Notes: generated from the letters alone by a model not told the origin. Counted from the first letter of the whole stretch, positions 1 to 15,155 are shown. The stretch is 63,414 bases of DNA, filler included, from Octopus bimaculoides (GCF_001194135.2; 5 parts of 5 records of this genome joined end to end with filler, not necessarily neighbours in it); one strand, 5' to 3'. Made by a program: numbers and translations.

Positions 1-424
1 ACAACCATCACCACCATAACCCCCACCCCCACCACCACCTGCAGCATCATCATCACCACCAACATCCAGCAAGAATATATTCAACAACCAAAACCAAAAA
101 TTAAGAGCCATTAATTTGGTCAGGTTTGTTCTGCTTGATTGCCTGCTCAAGTCTCTCTCCGTCCTGTTCTGCAATATTCCAGAAACCGTCGGAGTGTGCA
201 AGGTCAATGCTGTCTTCTCTTTATTTATCGATGATTGATTACGATGCAAAATTAAAAAAAAAAAAGAAAATTTCTTTTAAATGAAAATAAATAAAAGGTT
301 ATCTTGTTTTTTGGTTTTCTTAAAATGTTGATATTTAACCAAAGGCATGTCTCTGCATTTTATGTAACTTAACACTCAGCTTTCTTTCACATGTCACACA
401 CACACACATATATTGTTTTCTTTT

Positions 425-835
425 ATTCTTTTACTTGTTTGTCGTTTGATTGCGGCCATGCTGGAACACCACCTTTAGCCGAAAAAAATCGACCCCAAGA
501 CATATTCTTTGTAAGCCTAGTACTTATTCTATATCAGTCTCCTTTTGCCAAACTGCTAGGTGATGGGGACGTAAACACACCAGCATTGGTTGTCAAGCGA
601 TGGTTGGGGGAACAAACACAGACACAGATAAATACATACATACATAAATATATATATATATATATATATACACAACAGGCTTCTTTCAGTTTCTGTCTAC
701 CAAATCCACTCACAAGGCTTTGGTCAGCCCGAGGCTATAGTAGAAGACAATTGCCCAAGGAGCCACACAGTGGGATTGAACCTGAAACCACATGACCGGA
801 AAACAAGTTTCTTAACCACATAGCCATGCCTGCAC
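425..835 (-). mobile_element. SINE family B copy; further copies at ~6730, 16060, 18405, 20770, 24085, 25450, 34275, 44130, 45170, 46565, 49400 and 59790
   Basis: Shared blocks GGCTGTGTGGTAAG...GGTTCAGTCCCACTG...CTTGGGCAA...GGATTTGGTAGACGGAAACTG and CCAGCATGGCCGCAGTCAAATGACTGAAACAAGTAAAAGA. Confidence 0.75.
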
Positions 836-1390
836 CTATATGTATATAAAAATTTACTTACTCTTTTCAGCCCAATGGCTGTGACCATGCTGGAGCATAC
901 CTTTTATCTTTTGTTACCATTTTCATTATGCATTCAATTAAATATTTCTCTTGATTATCTAAACGAACGAGCAGAGGTGGGCCACACATACAATATAGCT
1001 CTGCTTGTTTTCGCAGTTCTGTGAAATAATTAGCAAGGGTTTGCCTACAACCCCAAATTTTTTGCATAATGACTAAACTCATTCTTTTTCCACAGAATTA
1101 ACTGACTTCACCCACTGTAAAGTATGTTCTATAATTATTATCACACACTTACTGCCAAGCCTTGCCCCAACCAGATGTAAAATATCAAATATCTGCGTAA
1201 TCAGCAAACATGTAACCTTGACTACAGAGACGCTGGGTGTGGCCCCACTCATAATTAGGTACACATCCTGTTACCTAGCAGTCATATTACAGATTACCTT
1301 GGAATGTTACATGTGAAGGACTGGCAACATATCCAGGGTCAATGGGAAGAGAGAGACACATAGGGCATGGTTACCATGGCACATATATGA

Positions 1391-1598
1391 CACGAGCTGG
1401 TAGAAACGTTACCACACCAGGCGAAATGCTTAGCAGTATTTCACTCGTCACTACATTCTGAGTTCAAATTCCACCATGGTCGACTTTGCCTTTCATTCTT
1501 TCGGGGTTGATTAAATAACTACCAGTTATGCACTGGGGTTGATGTAATCGACTTAACCCCTATGTTTGTCCTTGTTTGTCTCTCTATGTTTAGACCCC
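1391..1598 (+). mobile_element. SINE family A copy with Tx1-like tail (CpG-decayed)
   Basis: GAGCTGG.AGAA.CGTTA...GTTCAAATTCC head, GGGGTTGATGTAATCGACTT core, tail TTTGTCTCTCTATGTTTAG. Confidence 0.75.
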
Positions 1599-2253
1599 CA
1601 TGAGAGAGAGAGAGGAGAGATAGGAGGAGAACTAGAGAGACACTGAAATGTCTGATGTCAAATAAGTCATCATCGGAGCAGTGATACCAAATAGGAGGCA
1701 CCAAAACAGCTGTGCCAAAATGTCTCATACCTGAAAAGTAATGGCATGCATGGCAGATTGACAGCTGCATAAAGAATAGCCAAGAGATTTTGAATCAGAG
1801 CAGATTGCAAAAAGAGCAAGATTGAGGTGGTGGTGGTGGTGGTGGTGGGAGGGGAATAAGAAGAACTGGTAGGAAGTGAAAGCAGACCTGAAGAGGTCGA
1901 TTCTCACAAAGAAGATGAGAAAGGGTCACATAAATGGTGAGATGCCATGCTGGAGCACTTGAGAAGACTTTCCAACACAGACAAGCATTGGGAAAAAAGA
2001 TGTAAAAACGATAACGATGATGATGGCAATGACAAGAACAAGGGCCGCCACGACGATCATGGAGATGATGGTGATTGTTAAGGTGATGATGATGGTGATG
2101 ATGATGGTTATGATGATGGTGATTGTTAAGGTGATGGTGACGATGATGATGATGATAGTTATGATGACGATGGTGACAGTAAGAACAGAGATGACAACGA
2201 TGACGACATTGATGGTGATGAGAACGATGATGATGATCATGACGACAAAGACG

Positions 2254-2369
<116 letters not shown>

Positions 2370-2580
2370 TACACCCACCGACCCACCAACCCACGACCAA
2401 CCTCACCTAACAAAACCACACCCACCCGTCCCAAATAGTTTCAAAGCCAGTCACAGTATTTCATCAACACTATCATATTACCCACCAGCCACCAGTGAAC
2501 ATCAGCTGTACACACACACACACAGCCACACACACACACACACGAAGCCACATGCACACACACATTGATAGCGCACATCT

Positions 2581-2612
<32 letters not shown>

Positions 2613-3539
2613 CACCCAGATGTTGTCTTGTATATACTCACACCTCGACCCCCCCCCCACACACACACTACAGAAATACTCTGTTACTGCTAATTTGTCA
2701 GTAATAATCTACAACATACACAATATTATGTACGGGTGAGTGTGTGTGTGAGTCTACATACATATAGCTATACATATACACATACACACACACAGACATA
2801 TGTATACATACACACACATACATTCATATACATACATGCATGCACAGACATATAGCTATACATATACATGCATGTACAGACATGTATATACTACACACAT
2901 AGATACATATATACATGCACAGACATGTATACACATACATATGTGCACAAATATATAAGTATACACACAAATATAAAAAATACTTACGCGCGTGCGTGTG
3001 TGTGTGTGTGTGTGTGTATATCTACATCTGTGTGTATGCATTTGAGTCAATACATGTGCAAATATACACACAAACAGATTCACATACAAACACACTCAGA
3101 AACATGTGTGTGTGTTTTTGTGTGTGTTTGTGTGTGTGTATGTGAGAGAGAGAGAGCACAGGAGTATGTGTAAGTCAATGCCTGCATGTATAGGGTTTAT
3201 CATCTTAAATCACACCAGGGCCCAACCCCCGTCGGTAATAAACACTCGAATAGCAAACAAAACAAATAAAGAAAAAAAAAATGCCCAAAACAACAATAAA
3301 CAAAGAAACCAATGAACGAATAACAAAAATAATAAAAACGATGGTGATGATGATGATGATGATGATAAACTAAATTGGCTTCAGATTTTGGCTCAATGCC
3401 AGCAATTTTCAGGGAATGTTTAACTTGTACTAATTTTATCTTCCTCCCACAAAAAGGATAAAAGGCAAATTTCAAGAGCTGAAATTTTGGGGGGAAGGTG
3501 GAGGGGATAGTCGAGTACATTGAAGTCTGAAATTTGGGG

Positions 3540-3710
3540 GATGGGACTAGTCGATCGCATGGACCCTAGAGTTTCACTGGTACTTATTTCATTAGCCCCA
3601 AAAGGATGAAAGGTAAAGTTGACCCCAACGGAATTTGAACTCAGAACATAAAGACAGACAAAATGCCACTAAGCATTTCACCCGGCATGCTAACGATCCT
3701 GCCAGGTCCC
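3540..3710 (-). mobile_element. SINE family A copy (CpG-decayed); similar copies at ~5320-5457 and ~5650-5790
   Basis: Reverse complement of the family A head and core. Confidence 0.7.
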
Positions 3711-4106
3711 TGCAATAAAAATAATAATACTGATGATGATGATGATGATGATAATTCAGAGACCAGTCAGTAGTGAGGAGGGGGTGGTGCTGAACCAGCA
3801 AGGAGCTAGTCTGTGGAGTGGGGGGGGGGTATGATGGTGTGCTGAACAGCAAAATGTTTTATGTAATTATGCAATCAATTGTCTAATTAATTGAATTATA
3901 TACTCCACACCCTCCCCTCCAATGGAATCAATTCGAAACCATTAACATCTTTTAGAAGTTTTATGTGGGGGGGGGGGGGGNNNNNNNNNNNNNNNNNNNN
4001 NNNNNNNNNNNNNNNNNNNNNNNGTCCATACATCAAATGAAGATGGGATGTATATACGTGTGTGCTTATATATATGTGTGTATTTGCATGAACATATATG
4101 TATGTT

Positions 4107-4154
<48 letters not shown>

Positions 4155-5130
4155 GTAATCAGAGATTGTCCAAACATAACCGTTCTATCTTTTACCCAGA
4201 TATGGTGTATCTTGGACTATAATATCTCATGTACTTTTCCTTGTGGTCTTAACGTAAGTAGGGCATCATTTAAGGGAGATTATCTTGCTACATCTAGCAG
4301 GGTAAAAAGACAGCGTAGGGGCTCCCTTACTGTTTGGGGAGGAAAGTTGTTACACAAGGCTCTCCAACTTCCCTACTGTCATCCCCACCCACTCCCCACC
4401 CAAACTGGAAAGAGGGGTGTGGTTAATATTCACCAAGAATGTATAGATTGTACTGTGTCTAGGGAGGGTCATTATGCCAATATTATTAACACACGCACTG
4501 GTTCAATTCCACTTCTTTATTAGTTGTTTCAGCACACAAATTCACATAAAGAATCATGCAAACCAGATACAAAACCGAAGATTGGTTCTTGTAATTAAGG
4601 AGAAAATTCCAGTGGGATGCAAACTAGGAAGGATTGGTGATGCAAAGTGTTTATTTAGTGCTGGGTGTTTTTGAAGGATGAGAGAATGGTAGTGGGAACA
4701 GAGAAGCTGGTTCAAGGTGGATTAGGGTGGAAGTGGCCTACAGCTTGTTAGGTGAAGAGAGTCGAAGCTTTTGAGTATGGTGAGAGAGAGGGAGAGAAGG
4801 AGAAAGAACAAAAGGTAGAGAGGTGGTTTATTTGTTTTGAGTCACCTTACAAGGAACAAATTCCCCCACACATGCACCACACTCATCCAGACACATACCT
4901 ATATAGGCACAAACACACACAATCAGACATGTTCGCACATACACAGACACACATATACAGACACACAAACGTATACAAAAAGTCAGACATGTTCTCACTT
5001 ACACAGACACACAGACACTACACATTCACATACATACTTATATAGATACACACACATACAGTCAGACAAGTTCACATATATTGATAGAGACACACATACA
5101 CAAACACATTCACACATATTTATGAACAGT

Positions 5131-5161
<31 letters not shown>

Positions 5162-5473
5162 CAACAGCAGTATTAAAAGTGTTATGTAATATATAGACAA
5201 GTTGTTGGACAGTAAGGTGTGAGGAGGTCAGCTCTACAACAGACATAGACACAACAAAGGTTGGACCAGATTCAAAAGAAATAATGTTAATTCTAATAAT
5301 CCTAGTCAAATACATGTACCCCAGTACACAACTGGTATTTTATTTCATCAACCCGTAAAGTCGACCATAGTGGGATTTGAACTCAGAATGTAAAAATGGA
5401 TGAAATGCCGCTAAGCGTTTTGCCTGGCATATGAATAATTCTGCCAGCTCACTGCCATAATCATCATCATCAT

Positions 5474-5620
5474 CATCGTTTAACGTCCGCTTTCCATGCT
5501 AGCATGGGTTGGACGATTTGACTGAGGACTGGTGAAACCAGATGGCAACACCAGGCTCCAGTCTGATTTGGCAGAGTTTCTACAGCTGGATGCCCTTCCT
5601 AACGCCAACCACTCAGAGAG
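5474..5620 (-). mobile_element. Short retroposon family C with (ATG)n tail; copies at ~6960-7100, 7290-7402, 12765-12985 and 16195-16520
   Basis: GGAAGGGCATCCAGCTGTAGAAACTCTGCC...AACCCATGCTAGCATGGAAAGCGGACGTTAAACGATGATG recurs in both orientations. Confidence 0.7.
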
Positions 5621-7096
5621 TATCCTTTCTACTGGAAGCACAAAGCCTTAAATTTGTGGGGAGGGGACTAGTTGATTACATCAACCCCAGTGTTTCACTG
5701 GTACTTAATTTATCGATCCTGAAAGGACGAAAGGCAAAGTCGACCTCGGTGAAATTTGAACTCAGAACATTAAAGCCGGATAAAATGTCANNNNNNNNNN
5801 NNNNNNNNNNNNNNNNNNNNNNNNNNNNNNNNNNNNNNNNNNNNNNNNNNNNNNNNNNNNNNNNNNNNNNNNNNNNNNNNNNNNNNNNNNNNNNNNNNNN
5901 NNNNNNNNNNNNNNNNNNNNNNNNNNNNNNNNNNNNNNNNNNNNNNNNNNNNNNNNNNNNNNNNNNNNNNNNNNNNNNNNNNNNNNNNNNNNNNNNNNNN
6001 NNNNNNNNNNNNNNNNNNNNNNNNNNNNNNNNNNNNNNNNNNNNNNNNNNNNNNNNNNNNNNNNNNNNNNNNNNNNNNNNNNNNNNNNNNNNNNNNNNNN
6101 NNNNNNNNNNNNNNNNNNNNNNNNNNNNNNNNNNNNNNNNNNNNNNNNNNNNNNNNNNNNNNNNNNNNNNNNNNNNNNNNNNNNNNNNNNNNNNNNNNNN
6201 NNNNNNNNNNNNNNNNNNNNNNNNNNNNNNNNNNNNNNNNNNNNNNNNNNNNNNNNNNNNNNNNNNNNNNNNNNNNNNNNNNNNNNNNNNNNNNNNNNNN
6301 NNNNNNNNNNNNNNNNNNNNNNNNNNNNNNNNNNNNNNNNNNNNNNNNNNNNNNNNNNNNNNNNNNNNNNNNNNNNNNNNNNNNNNNNNNNNNNNNNNNN
6401 NNNNNNNNNNNNNNNNNNNNNNNNNNNNNNNNNNNNNNNNNNNNNNNNNNNNNNNNNNNNNNNNNNNNNNNNNNNNNNNNNNNNNNNNNNNNNNNNNNNN
6501 NNNNNNNNNNNNNNNNNNNNNNNNNNNNNNNNNNNNNNNNNNNNNNNNNNNNNNNNNNNCACCACACACACCTCACTATCTGGATTCTGTGGGGTTAGTC
6601 TCGTGACGCTTCTCATTTTTCCCCAACTTTGCTGCCAGGCTGTCTGTTTGTCTCTATCTATCTCTCCCTCTCTCTCTCTTCTGCTTCACACACACACATA
6701 CACACACATACACACACACACACACACATAATATGTGGCTATGTGGTAAGACATTTGCTTCCCAACCACAAAGTTCCAGGTTCAGTTCCACTGTGTGGCA
6801 ACTTAAGCAAGTCCTGGGCTGACCAAAACCTTGTGAGTGGATTTGGCAGATGGAAACCGAAAGAAGCCCAACATGTGTGTGTGTGTGTGTGTGTGTCTAT
6901 TTATGTCACTGTCTCCTTCCTTTGATGTCTTGCAAAGTACCCTCATGGAGAAGTATTACTTTGTTTGAAAACAGCTAAGGATTGGTAACTGGAAGGGCAT
7001 CCAGCTGTAGAAACTCTGCCAGATCAGATTGGAGCCTGGTTCGCCAGTCCTCAGCCAAACCATTCAACCCATGCCAGCATGGAAAGAGGACGTTAA

Positions 7097-7140
<44 letters not shown>

Positions 7141-8661
7141 AATGTTTCTGTGTGTTTGATACTGATTCCTTGCTTTGACATCACGTCAGTTAGTTGCCAA
7201 ATGAGTGTCACCATCATGCAAGCAGTCTCCTTTCTTTCCAATCTTCCATGAAAACATGTCTGGTCAAGGAGGCAGGGGATAAAATTAACTTTATTTGGAA
7301 ACAGATGAGGATTGGCAACAAGAAGAGCATCTCGCCATAGAAAACCTGCTTCAACAAATTCCATCTGATCCATGAAAGCATAGGAAAAGGGGTCATTAAA
7401 ATGATGATGATGATGATGATGATGATGCTGTGTGTGTGTGTGTGTGTGTGTATACCTCTGTTATTTGTATCAGTCACTGCTGTGGCATTAATGCCTTTCT
7501 CAAGCATATTAGCAATATCAACATAACCACAATGATCATGAAGATGATGATGATGATGATGATGGTGCTGAAGACGGAGATGATTATGGTAATGATGATG
7601 ATGGCGATTATGATGAGAGAAATGATGACGATGACAACAGTGATGATAATGACAAGAGATGATGATGATGATGATGATAGTGATGATGATGANNNNNNNN
7701 NNTGATGATGATGATGGTGCTGAAGACGGAGATGATTATGGTAATGATGATGATGGCGATTATGATGAGAGAAATGATGACGATGACAACAGTGATGATA
7801 ATGACAAGAGATGATGATGATGATGATGATAGTGATGATGATGATGATGATGATGGTGATGATAAAGACAACAATGATGATGACAATGATGATGGTTGTA
7901 GTGGTAGTGATGATGATGATGATGACAACAGTGATGGTGATGATGATGATGGTGGTGGTGTTGATGGTGATGACGATTAGGAAAGTGTGTTATGCCTTGC
8001 TATCTTTTTGAAGTACCAGCTTCGCCAGCTGTTTGCAGATAATTCTAGATAGGCTAAGCAAGTAAATGATATAGCAACACCACCGACTACCACCGATACT
8101 ACAACCACCACCACCACCACCACCACAACTAATACATTCACAGCTATCACCATAATCACCACCACCACCACCACTATATTCATAACTACCACAACCACCA
8201 CCACCACCACCACTTCTACTACTACTACTAGTACTACTACTACTACTACATTTACAACTACCACTACTACTATTACTACAACTACTATGACCATCACCGC
8301 CACTACTGTCAATGCATTCAAGCCACCACTAGAACCGCTACCCAAACCACTAATCTTGTCATCACCACCGCAACTACAACCAGTACCCACCACCACAGCC
8401 ACTACATCCAATGCAATCTGCCACTGCTGTTTTCAATATCAGAGAAACCATCACCACCGCCAGTAGTGCCCACACCGCTGCCACCACCACCACCACCACC
8501 GCCACCACCCACAAACAGTACACTCATGGTGGAACTGGTAAAATGCGATGAAAAGATGAAAAAACAACTTTGTCTGACCACATTATACGTGTGTGTGTGT
8601 GTGTGTGTTGGTAGGAGAGGAAACAACGTTGCCAGAGGACATTCTGCAATGTTGCAACTGG

Positions 8662-8696
<35 letters not shown>

Positions 8697-8794
8697 AATA
8701 CACAATGCACATACACACACATACAGAGTCACACAGTTTGTTGTAAACTCACACACAAAAATACACACATGCATAAACACATATACAGACTGAT

Positions 8795-8837
<43 letters not shown>

Positions 8838-10511
8838 GGGGGGGAGAGAGAGNNNNNNNNNNNNNNNNNNNNNNNNNNNNNNNNNNNNNNNNNNNNNNNN
8901 NNNNNNNNNNNNNNNNNNNNNNNNNNNNNNNNNNNNNNNNNNNNNNNNNNNNNNNNNNNNNNNNNNNNNNNNNNNNNNNNNNNNNNNNNNNNNNNNNNNN
9001 NNNNNNNNNNNNNNNNNNNNNNNNNNNNNNNNNNNNNNNNNNNNNNNNNNNNNNNNNNNNNNNNNNNNNNNNNNNNNNNNNNNNNNNNNNNNNNNNNNNN
9101 NNNNNNNNNNNNNNNNNNNNNNNNNNNNNNNNNNNNNNNNNNNNNNNNNNNNNNNNNNNNNNNNNNNNNNNNNNNNNNNNNNNNNNNNNNNNNNNNNNNN
9201 NNNNNNNNNNNNNNNNNNNNNNNNNNNNNNNNNNNNNNNNNNNNNNNNNNNNNNNNNNNNNNNNNNNNNNNNNNNNNNNNNNNNNNNNNNNNNNNNNNNN
9301 NNNNNNNNNNNNNNNNNNNNNNNNNNNNNNNNNNNNNNNNNNNNNNNNNNNNNNNNNNNNNNNNNNNNNNNNNNNNNNNNNNNNNNNNNNNNNNNNNNNN
9401 NNNNNNNNNNNNNNNNNNNNNNNNNNNNNNNNNNNNNNAGAGAGAGAGAGACGATACACAGACAGAGGATAGCTAGAGAAATAGACTAGAGACAGACTGA
9501 CAGACAGACATACAGACTGACAGACAGACAGACTCACAGACAGACAGACTCACAGACAGAAAGAGAAAGAGTGACAACTGCATTAAGTGAGATGCATAGT
9601 TGTGTGAAAAAGAGTTAACCAGTCAGTGGTGGTGGTGATGATGATGATGATGGTGGTGGTGATGGTGATGGTGGTGGTGGTGGTGATGGTGGTGGTGGTG
9701 GTGATGACGGTAGTGGTGGTGGTGGTGATGATGATGATGATGGTGGTGGTGATGGTGGAAAATGGTAGCCATTGTCGTCCACTTTCGAACAACCTCTCAA
9801 ATCAACTTCATTTATTTCATTTCTTTTGTTTTATTCTTCATTTAAAAAAAAAAAAAAAATATTTTAGTTTTTAGCCCAAGGAAGAGTTTTCTTAATAACC
9901 TCCCAAGGTTGCTGAGTTTGGTGATGTGGAATATGATGATGATGCTGTGGTCTTAAAATTTTACACACGGCTGGCGAAATAAAAGAAACTGTTTTGTTTG
10001 TAACCGTTTGCCAAACTGCTATGTTACATGACATCAAAGAATATTAAATGAATAACTACTATTTTTTAGATTGTTGTCAAGACAAACACCACCATGGGCC
10101 ACAGACACACATACACGTGTGTGTGCATGCATGCCCTTCTTACTGCTAACCCTTATTGTTTTTGAAATAAGGTAATTTTTTTGAATTCCAATAGTCTTGA
10201 AGAGATTAGGCCTATCAAACCATTGAGACAGGACATATTCTTCACCACAGGAAAAAGATAACGGGACCATTGCACAAACTATGGCAATGTGAGATACATG
10301 GAAAGAATCTCATATACACACACATGACAGGTTTCTGTACAGTTTCTGTCTATCAAATTTCAACCACGAGGCATAGTAGAGCCTTAAGTATAAAGCAAAA
10401 GACACTTGCCTAAGGTGCCACACCATGGAATGGAACCAGAAACCATGATTATCAAGCAAAACTGCAACCACACAGATATTCCTGTGCCTTTATTTATCTA
10501 TCTATCTAGAA

Positions 10512-10790
10512 CAGTGGTTCCCAAGTTTTTCCAGGCTGCTGCCCCCTTGACACCCAGGCCACTTTCCTAGTGCCCCCAACCCAACTAACCATCACAAACA
10601 CAGACCTCTTTCTCGAGCAAATTCAAAGCAATTGTTTTTCACAAATAAAACTTAATTTAATGAACCCCTTATTTTGTTGATTTTACATACATCGCTACAC
10701 CATTATTGCCCCACTTTTCTTCAATGCTCCCTTGGAACTTTCCACTGCCCCCAGGGGGGGGGGCAATACTACTCACTTTGGGAACCACTG
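10512..10790. mobile_element. hAT (Charlie-like) MITE, ~279 bp
   Basis: 13-bp perfect TIR CAGTGGTTCCCAA / TTGGGAACCACTG. Left flank ATCTAGAA fits the NTCTAGAN preference. Right TSD obscured by (AGAT)n. Confidence 0.75.
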
Positions 10791-10803
10791 AGATTGATCG
10801 ATC

Positions 10804-10804
<1 letters not shown>

Positions 10805-10860
<56 letters not shown>

Positions 10861-10878
10861 ATAGACAGATAGACAGAC

Positions 10879-10941
<63 letters not shown>
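10805..10941. repeat. (AGAT)n microsatellite ending at a gap
   Basis: Direct reading. Confidence 0.95.
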
Positions 10942-11368
10942 NNNNNNNNNNNNNNNNNNNNNNNNNNNNNNNNNNNNNNNNNNNNNNNNNNNNNNNNNNN
11001 NNNNNNNNNNNNNNNNNNNNNNNNNNNNNNNNNNNNNNNNNNNNNNNNNNNNNNNNNNNNNNNNNNNNNNNNNNNNNNNNNNNNNNNNNNNNNNNNNNNN
11101 NNNNNNNNNNNNNNNNNNNNNNNNNNNNNNNNNNNNNNNNNNNNNNNNNNNNNNNNNNNNNNNNNNNNNNNNNNNNNNNNNNNNNNNNNNNNNNNNNNNN
11201 NNNNNNNNNNNNNNNNNNNNNNNNNNNNNNNNNNNNNNNNNNNNNNNNNNNNNNNNNNNNNNNNNNNNNNNNNNNNNNNNNNNNNNNNNNNNNNNNNNNN
11301 NNNNNNNNNNNNNNNNNNNNNNNNNNNNNNNNNNNNNTATATATATATATATATATATATATAGATAT

Positions 11369-11403
<35 letters not shown>

Positions 11404-12102
11404 CACACACATACACATATATTCATATACACACATATATATATATATATATAGATGCACGTATAAATTTATAAATACTTGTGTGTGTATGTATATACAC
11501 ACACCATCACGCATGAATCTGGAGCCCAAGTAAATGCATTTAAAGTATGATTGGATTATCCGGTAGAGTCGATGACCCCAAACTAGGGATTATTGCATGA
11601 GTGTATGTGTATATATTACACATGAAAGATCAAATACAAGTTTATACACACACACACAAATAAATATATATACACACATATACACACAGAGTACTCGATG
11701 ATTCAATCTCCGACATATCTCAATGCTAATTTTATATTGCAAAAATAACATCAAATCCACTGACAATATGGTGACGAAAAGTGTTTCTGCTTATCCAATC
11801 AATACCCTTCAACATTCAATCAGTTTATTCTGGCCCCATTTATGATTTGTCCAAGGAAGCATGTCTCTGTAGACTTGAGAAACTGATAAGGGTTTTCGCC
11901 CTTTGTAATTGGGAGCACTGTAAACTTGAGCAGTATTTCGTTAAGGTTTCTTCGCTTTTTTGTTTTGTTTTTTTTCGAATTTTAATTCAAAACTTTTTGC
12001 TGAGAAAACAACAATTAGAAGTGCAAAAACATGAATAAATAAAGCTAAACATTTTTGAAACGATCCACCCCCTCTAAATGACTATAAATATCAAACACAC
12101 AC

Positions 12103-12163
<61 letters not shown>

Positions 12164-14073
12164 NNNNNNNNNNCAACCTTGGACAAACACACACACACAC
12201 ACACACATGTAAAGCAATCTCCTCAACCTTGGACAAACACACACACACACACACACAATATCCTCCCTCACAACCCCCACTATTGCCACCAACACCACAA
12301 TTACTAATGCCCCACCTCACTAACACCACCACCACCACCCCAAAATCCCTTACATCTAAATCTATCCACCACTAACACCTTAATCAGATACTTAAATGAG
12401 ATTAACATGGTTTAATTTTTGTTTAATTCTCTCCTATCAGTATTATTATTATCATTAATATTAATGGTGTCAAAGGTTAAAAATGAGATTAAGATCTAAA
12501 CACGGAGAAACTGTTTGAACGATTAAGAAGTAATGCTGATCTAAGGTGACCCGACCCAATCTCTTTTCTTGGCATTCAAAAACAAATACTAGAAATAGCA
12601 ACTAAATCTCCCTCAAAGCATATATGACAGTGGAAGCTTCACTGCTGTGGGGGCCACAAGTTCAGCGTCAATGAATTTACCCTTCGTTCCATTTACAAAG
12701 TGCATGGGGTTGATTTATTTATCACTGTGTTTTTTTGGAACCAAACAGCATCAGCATCATCATGATCATCATTCTTCAGCATCTTGTTCTCCATGTTGGC
12801 ATGGGTTGGATGGTTTGACCAGAACTGGCATGCTGGATGGAGAACTGCACCAGGTTGCAGTCTGATTTGGCTGGATGCCTTTCCTAACATGCCAACCACT
12901 TTACAGAGAATGCTTTTAATGTGGTACTGCATATTAGTGCTTCTCCATGGCACCGGCACAAGTGCTTTTCATGTGGCACTGGCACACAACTCTTGCAGTC
13001 CAATCGTCTTCACCAGTGGGGGAGTGGCCTTAACACTTCTGCTGTGGAGGAAGGGTCTTCTTGAGTGACAAATGAGGGTAGATGTATAAAACAGGTGGGG
13101 AGGGGACAGGATTTTAGGGAGCAAAGGAGCAGTTGATTACATCCGTCCCAAACNNNNNNNNNNNNNNNNNNNNNNNNNNNNNNNNNNNNNNNNNNNNNNN
13201 NNNNNNNNNNNNNNNNNNNNNNNNNNNNNNNNNNNNNNNNNNNNNNNNNNNNNNNNNNNNNNNNNNNNNNNNNNNNNNNNNNNNNNNNNNNNNNNNNNNN
13301 NNNNNNNNNNNNNNNNNNNNNNNNNNNNNNNNNNNNNNNNNNNNNNNNNNNNNNNNNNNNNNNNNNNNNNNNNNNNNNNNNNNNNNNNNNNNNNNNNNNN
13401 NNNNNNNNNNNNNNNNNNNNNNNNNNNNNNNNNNNNNNNNNNNNNNNNNNNNNNNNNNNNNNNNNNNNNNNNNNNNNNNNNNNNNNNNNNNNNNNNNNNN
13501 NNNNNNNNNNNNNNNNNNNNNNNNNNNNNNNNNNNNNNNNNNNNNNNNNNNNNNNNNNNNNNNNNNNNNNNNNNNNNNNNNNNNNNNNNNNNNNNNNNNN
13601 NNNNNNNNNNNNNNNNNNNNNNNNNNNNNNNNNNNNNNNNNNNNNNNNNNNNNNNNNNNNNNNNNNNNNNNNNNNNNNNNNNNNNNNNNNGGGGTTGAAT
13701 ATTTTATGAGTTTTAGTGCAAGGTCAGAGGTCGAGGGGGGAACAGGGGAGAGGAGATGATCTGAAGGGAAGTGGAATAAGTACCACTGCCTGTGATGTTT
13801 GGCAGCAGAGCAGAACTTTTAAATTACCCAGACAAACTCTTGGAGAATATTCATACAAGAATCAACTGACGTTCACACAGACATACATACAGATATATAT
13901 ACACATGTACACACATACATGCAGATACACAAATACATATAGACACACAAAGACAAAAATTTATATTATAACGAACATTTATTTACACATACACACATAT
14001 ATAGATATAGATACATATATATGCACTTATACATGTGTGTATATATGTCTTTGTGTGTGTATGTGCTTGTGTG

Positions 14074-14115
<42 letters not shown>

Positions 14116-14398
14116 CATACATACAAACACAAATAAACAGAAATTTATATGTAAAATGAACATTTATACACAAGCACACGCACACACATATACACACAGA
14201 TACGCACATATATTCATAAGTATAAACTTTGTGTGTGTGTATGTGTGTGTCCCAAATGAATATTGCTGTGGAAGGCAATATTGATAGCTGTACCCCAGGT
14301 TCATGGCAGCACAGCTGGTCGTGACAGACAGTGTTGAACTTCCTTGATGCTTCAGATTCATTAATCTTCATCATCGTCGCACACTTCACCACCCACAC

Positions 14399-14443
<45 letters not shown>

Positions 14444-14685
14444 CATTGTTGTCGGTGAGTTAGCAGAATCCTTCGNNNNNNNNNNNNNNNNNNNNNNNNN
14501 NNNNNNNNNNNNNNNNNNNNNNNNNNNNNNNNNNNNNNNNNNNNNNNNNNNNNNNNNNNNNNNNNNNNNNNNNNNNNNNNNNNNNNNNNNNNNNNNNNNN
14601 NNNNNNNNNNNNNNNNNNNNNNNNNNNNNNNNNNNNNNNNNNNNNNNNNNNNNNNNNNNNNNNNNNNNNNNNNNNNNNNNNNNNN

Positions 14686-14731
<46 letters not shown>

Positions 14732-14869
14732 CATTGTTGTCGGTGAGTTAGCAGAATCCTTCGTTTATTGGACAAAATGTTCGGGCCGTTTCTGCTGGGA
14801 TTTTATAATTTCTGAGTTCACATTCCACCAAGATGATGATGACGATGATATAAATATCACAATAGTGAA

Positions 14870-15155
14870 GTAGTGAGTTCGATTCCTGGAACAGGTTGTG
14901 TTCTTGAGCAAGACGCTTTATTTCACATTGCTCCAGTTCACTCAGCTGTAGAAATGAATTACAATGTCACTAGTGCCAAGCTGTATTGGCCCCTTTGTCC
15001 TTCCCTTGGACAACATCGGTGGCATGAAGAGGGGAGGCTGGTATGGATGGGTGACTGCTGGTCTTCCATAAACAACCTTGCCCAGACTTGTGCCTTGGAG
15101 GGGAACTTTCTAAGAACAAACCTATGGTCATCCATAACCGAAGGAAGTCTTTAGA
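14870..15155 (+). mobile_element. Probable SINE of a fourth family
   Basis: B-box-like GAGTTCGATTCCTGG, then CTTGAGCAAGAC...CCAGTTCACTCAGCTG, a block also seen near 16545-16600. Confidence 0.45.

Noticed and set aside
5542-6616. Long ORFs of 200-470 aa spanning N runs (also ~8466, 10669, 13133, 54872 and 55629)
   Set aside because: Their length comes from Ns translated as X.
8070-8560. Mucin-like Thr/Pro-rich coding region
   Set aside because: Mosaic (ACC/ACT)n with frame switches, typical of intronic microsatellites in this genome.
14386-14765. Direct repeats flanking gaps (also 7510-7850, 12160-12260, 16260-16340 and 58140-58311)
   Set aside because: Identical sequence on both sides of an N run is the signature of unmerged contig overlaps, not real duplication.
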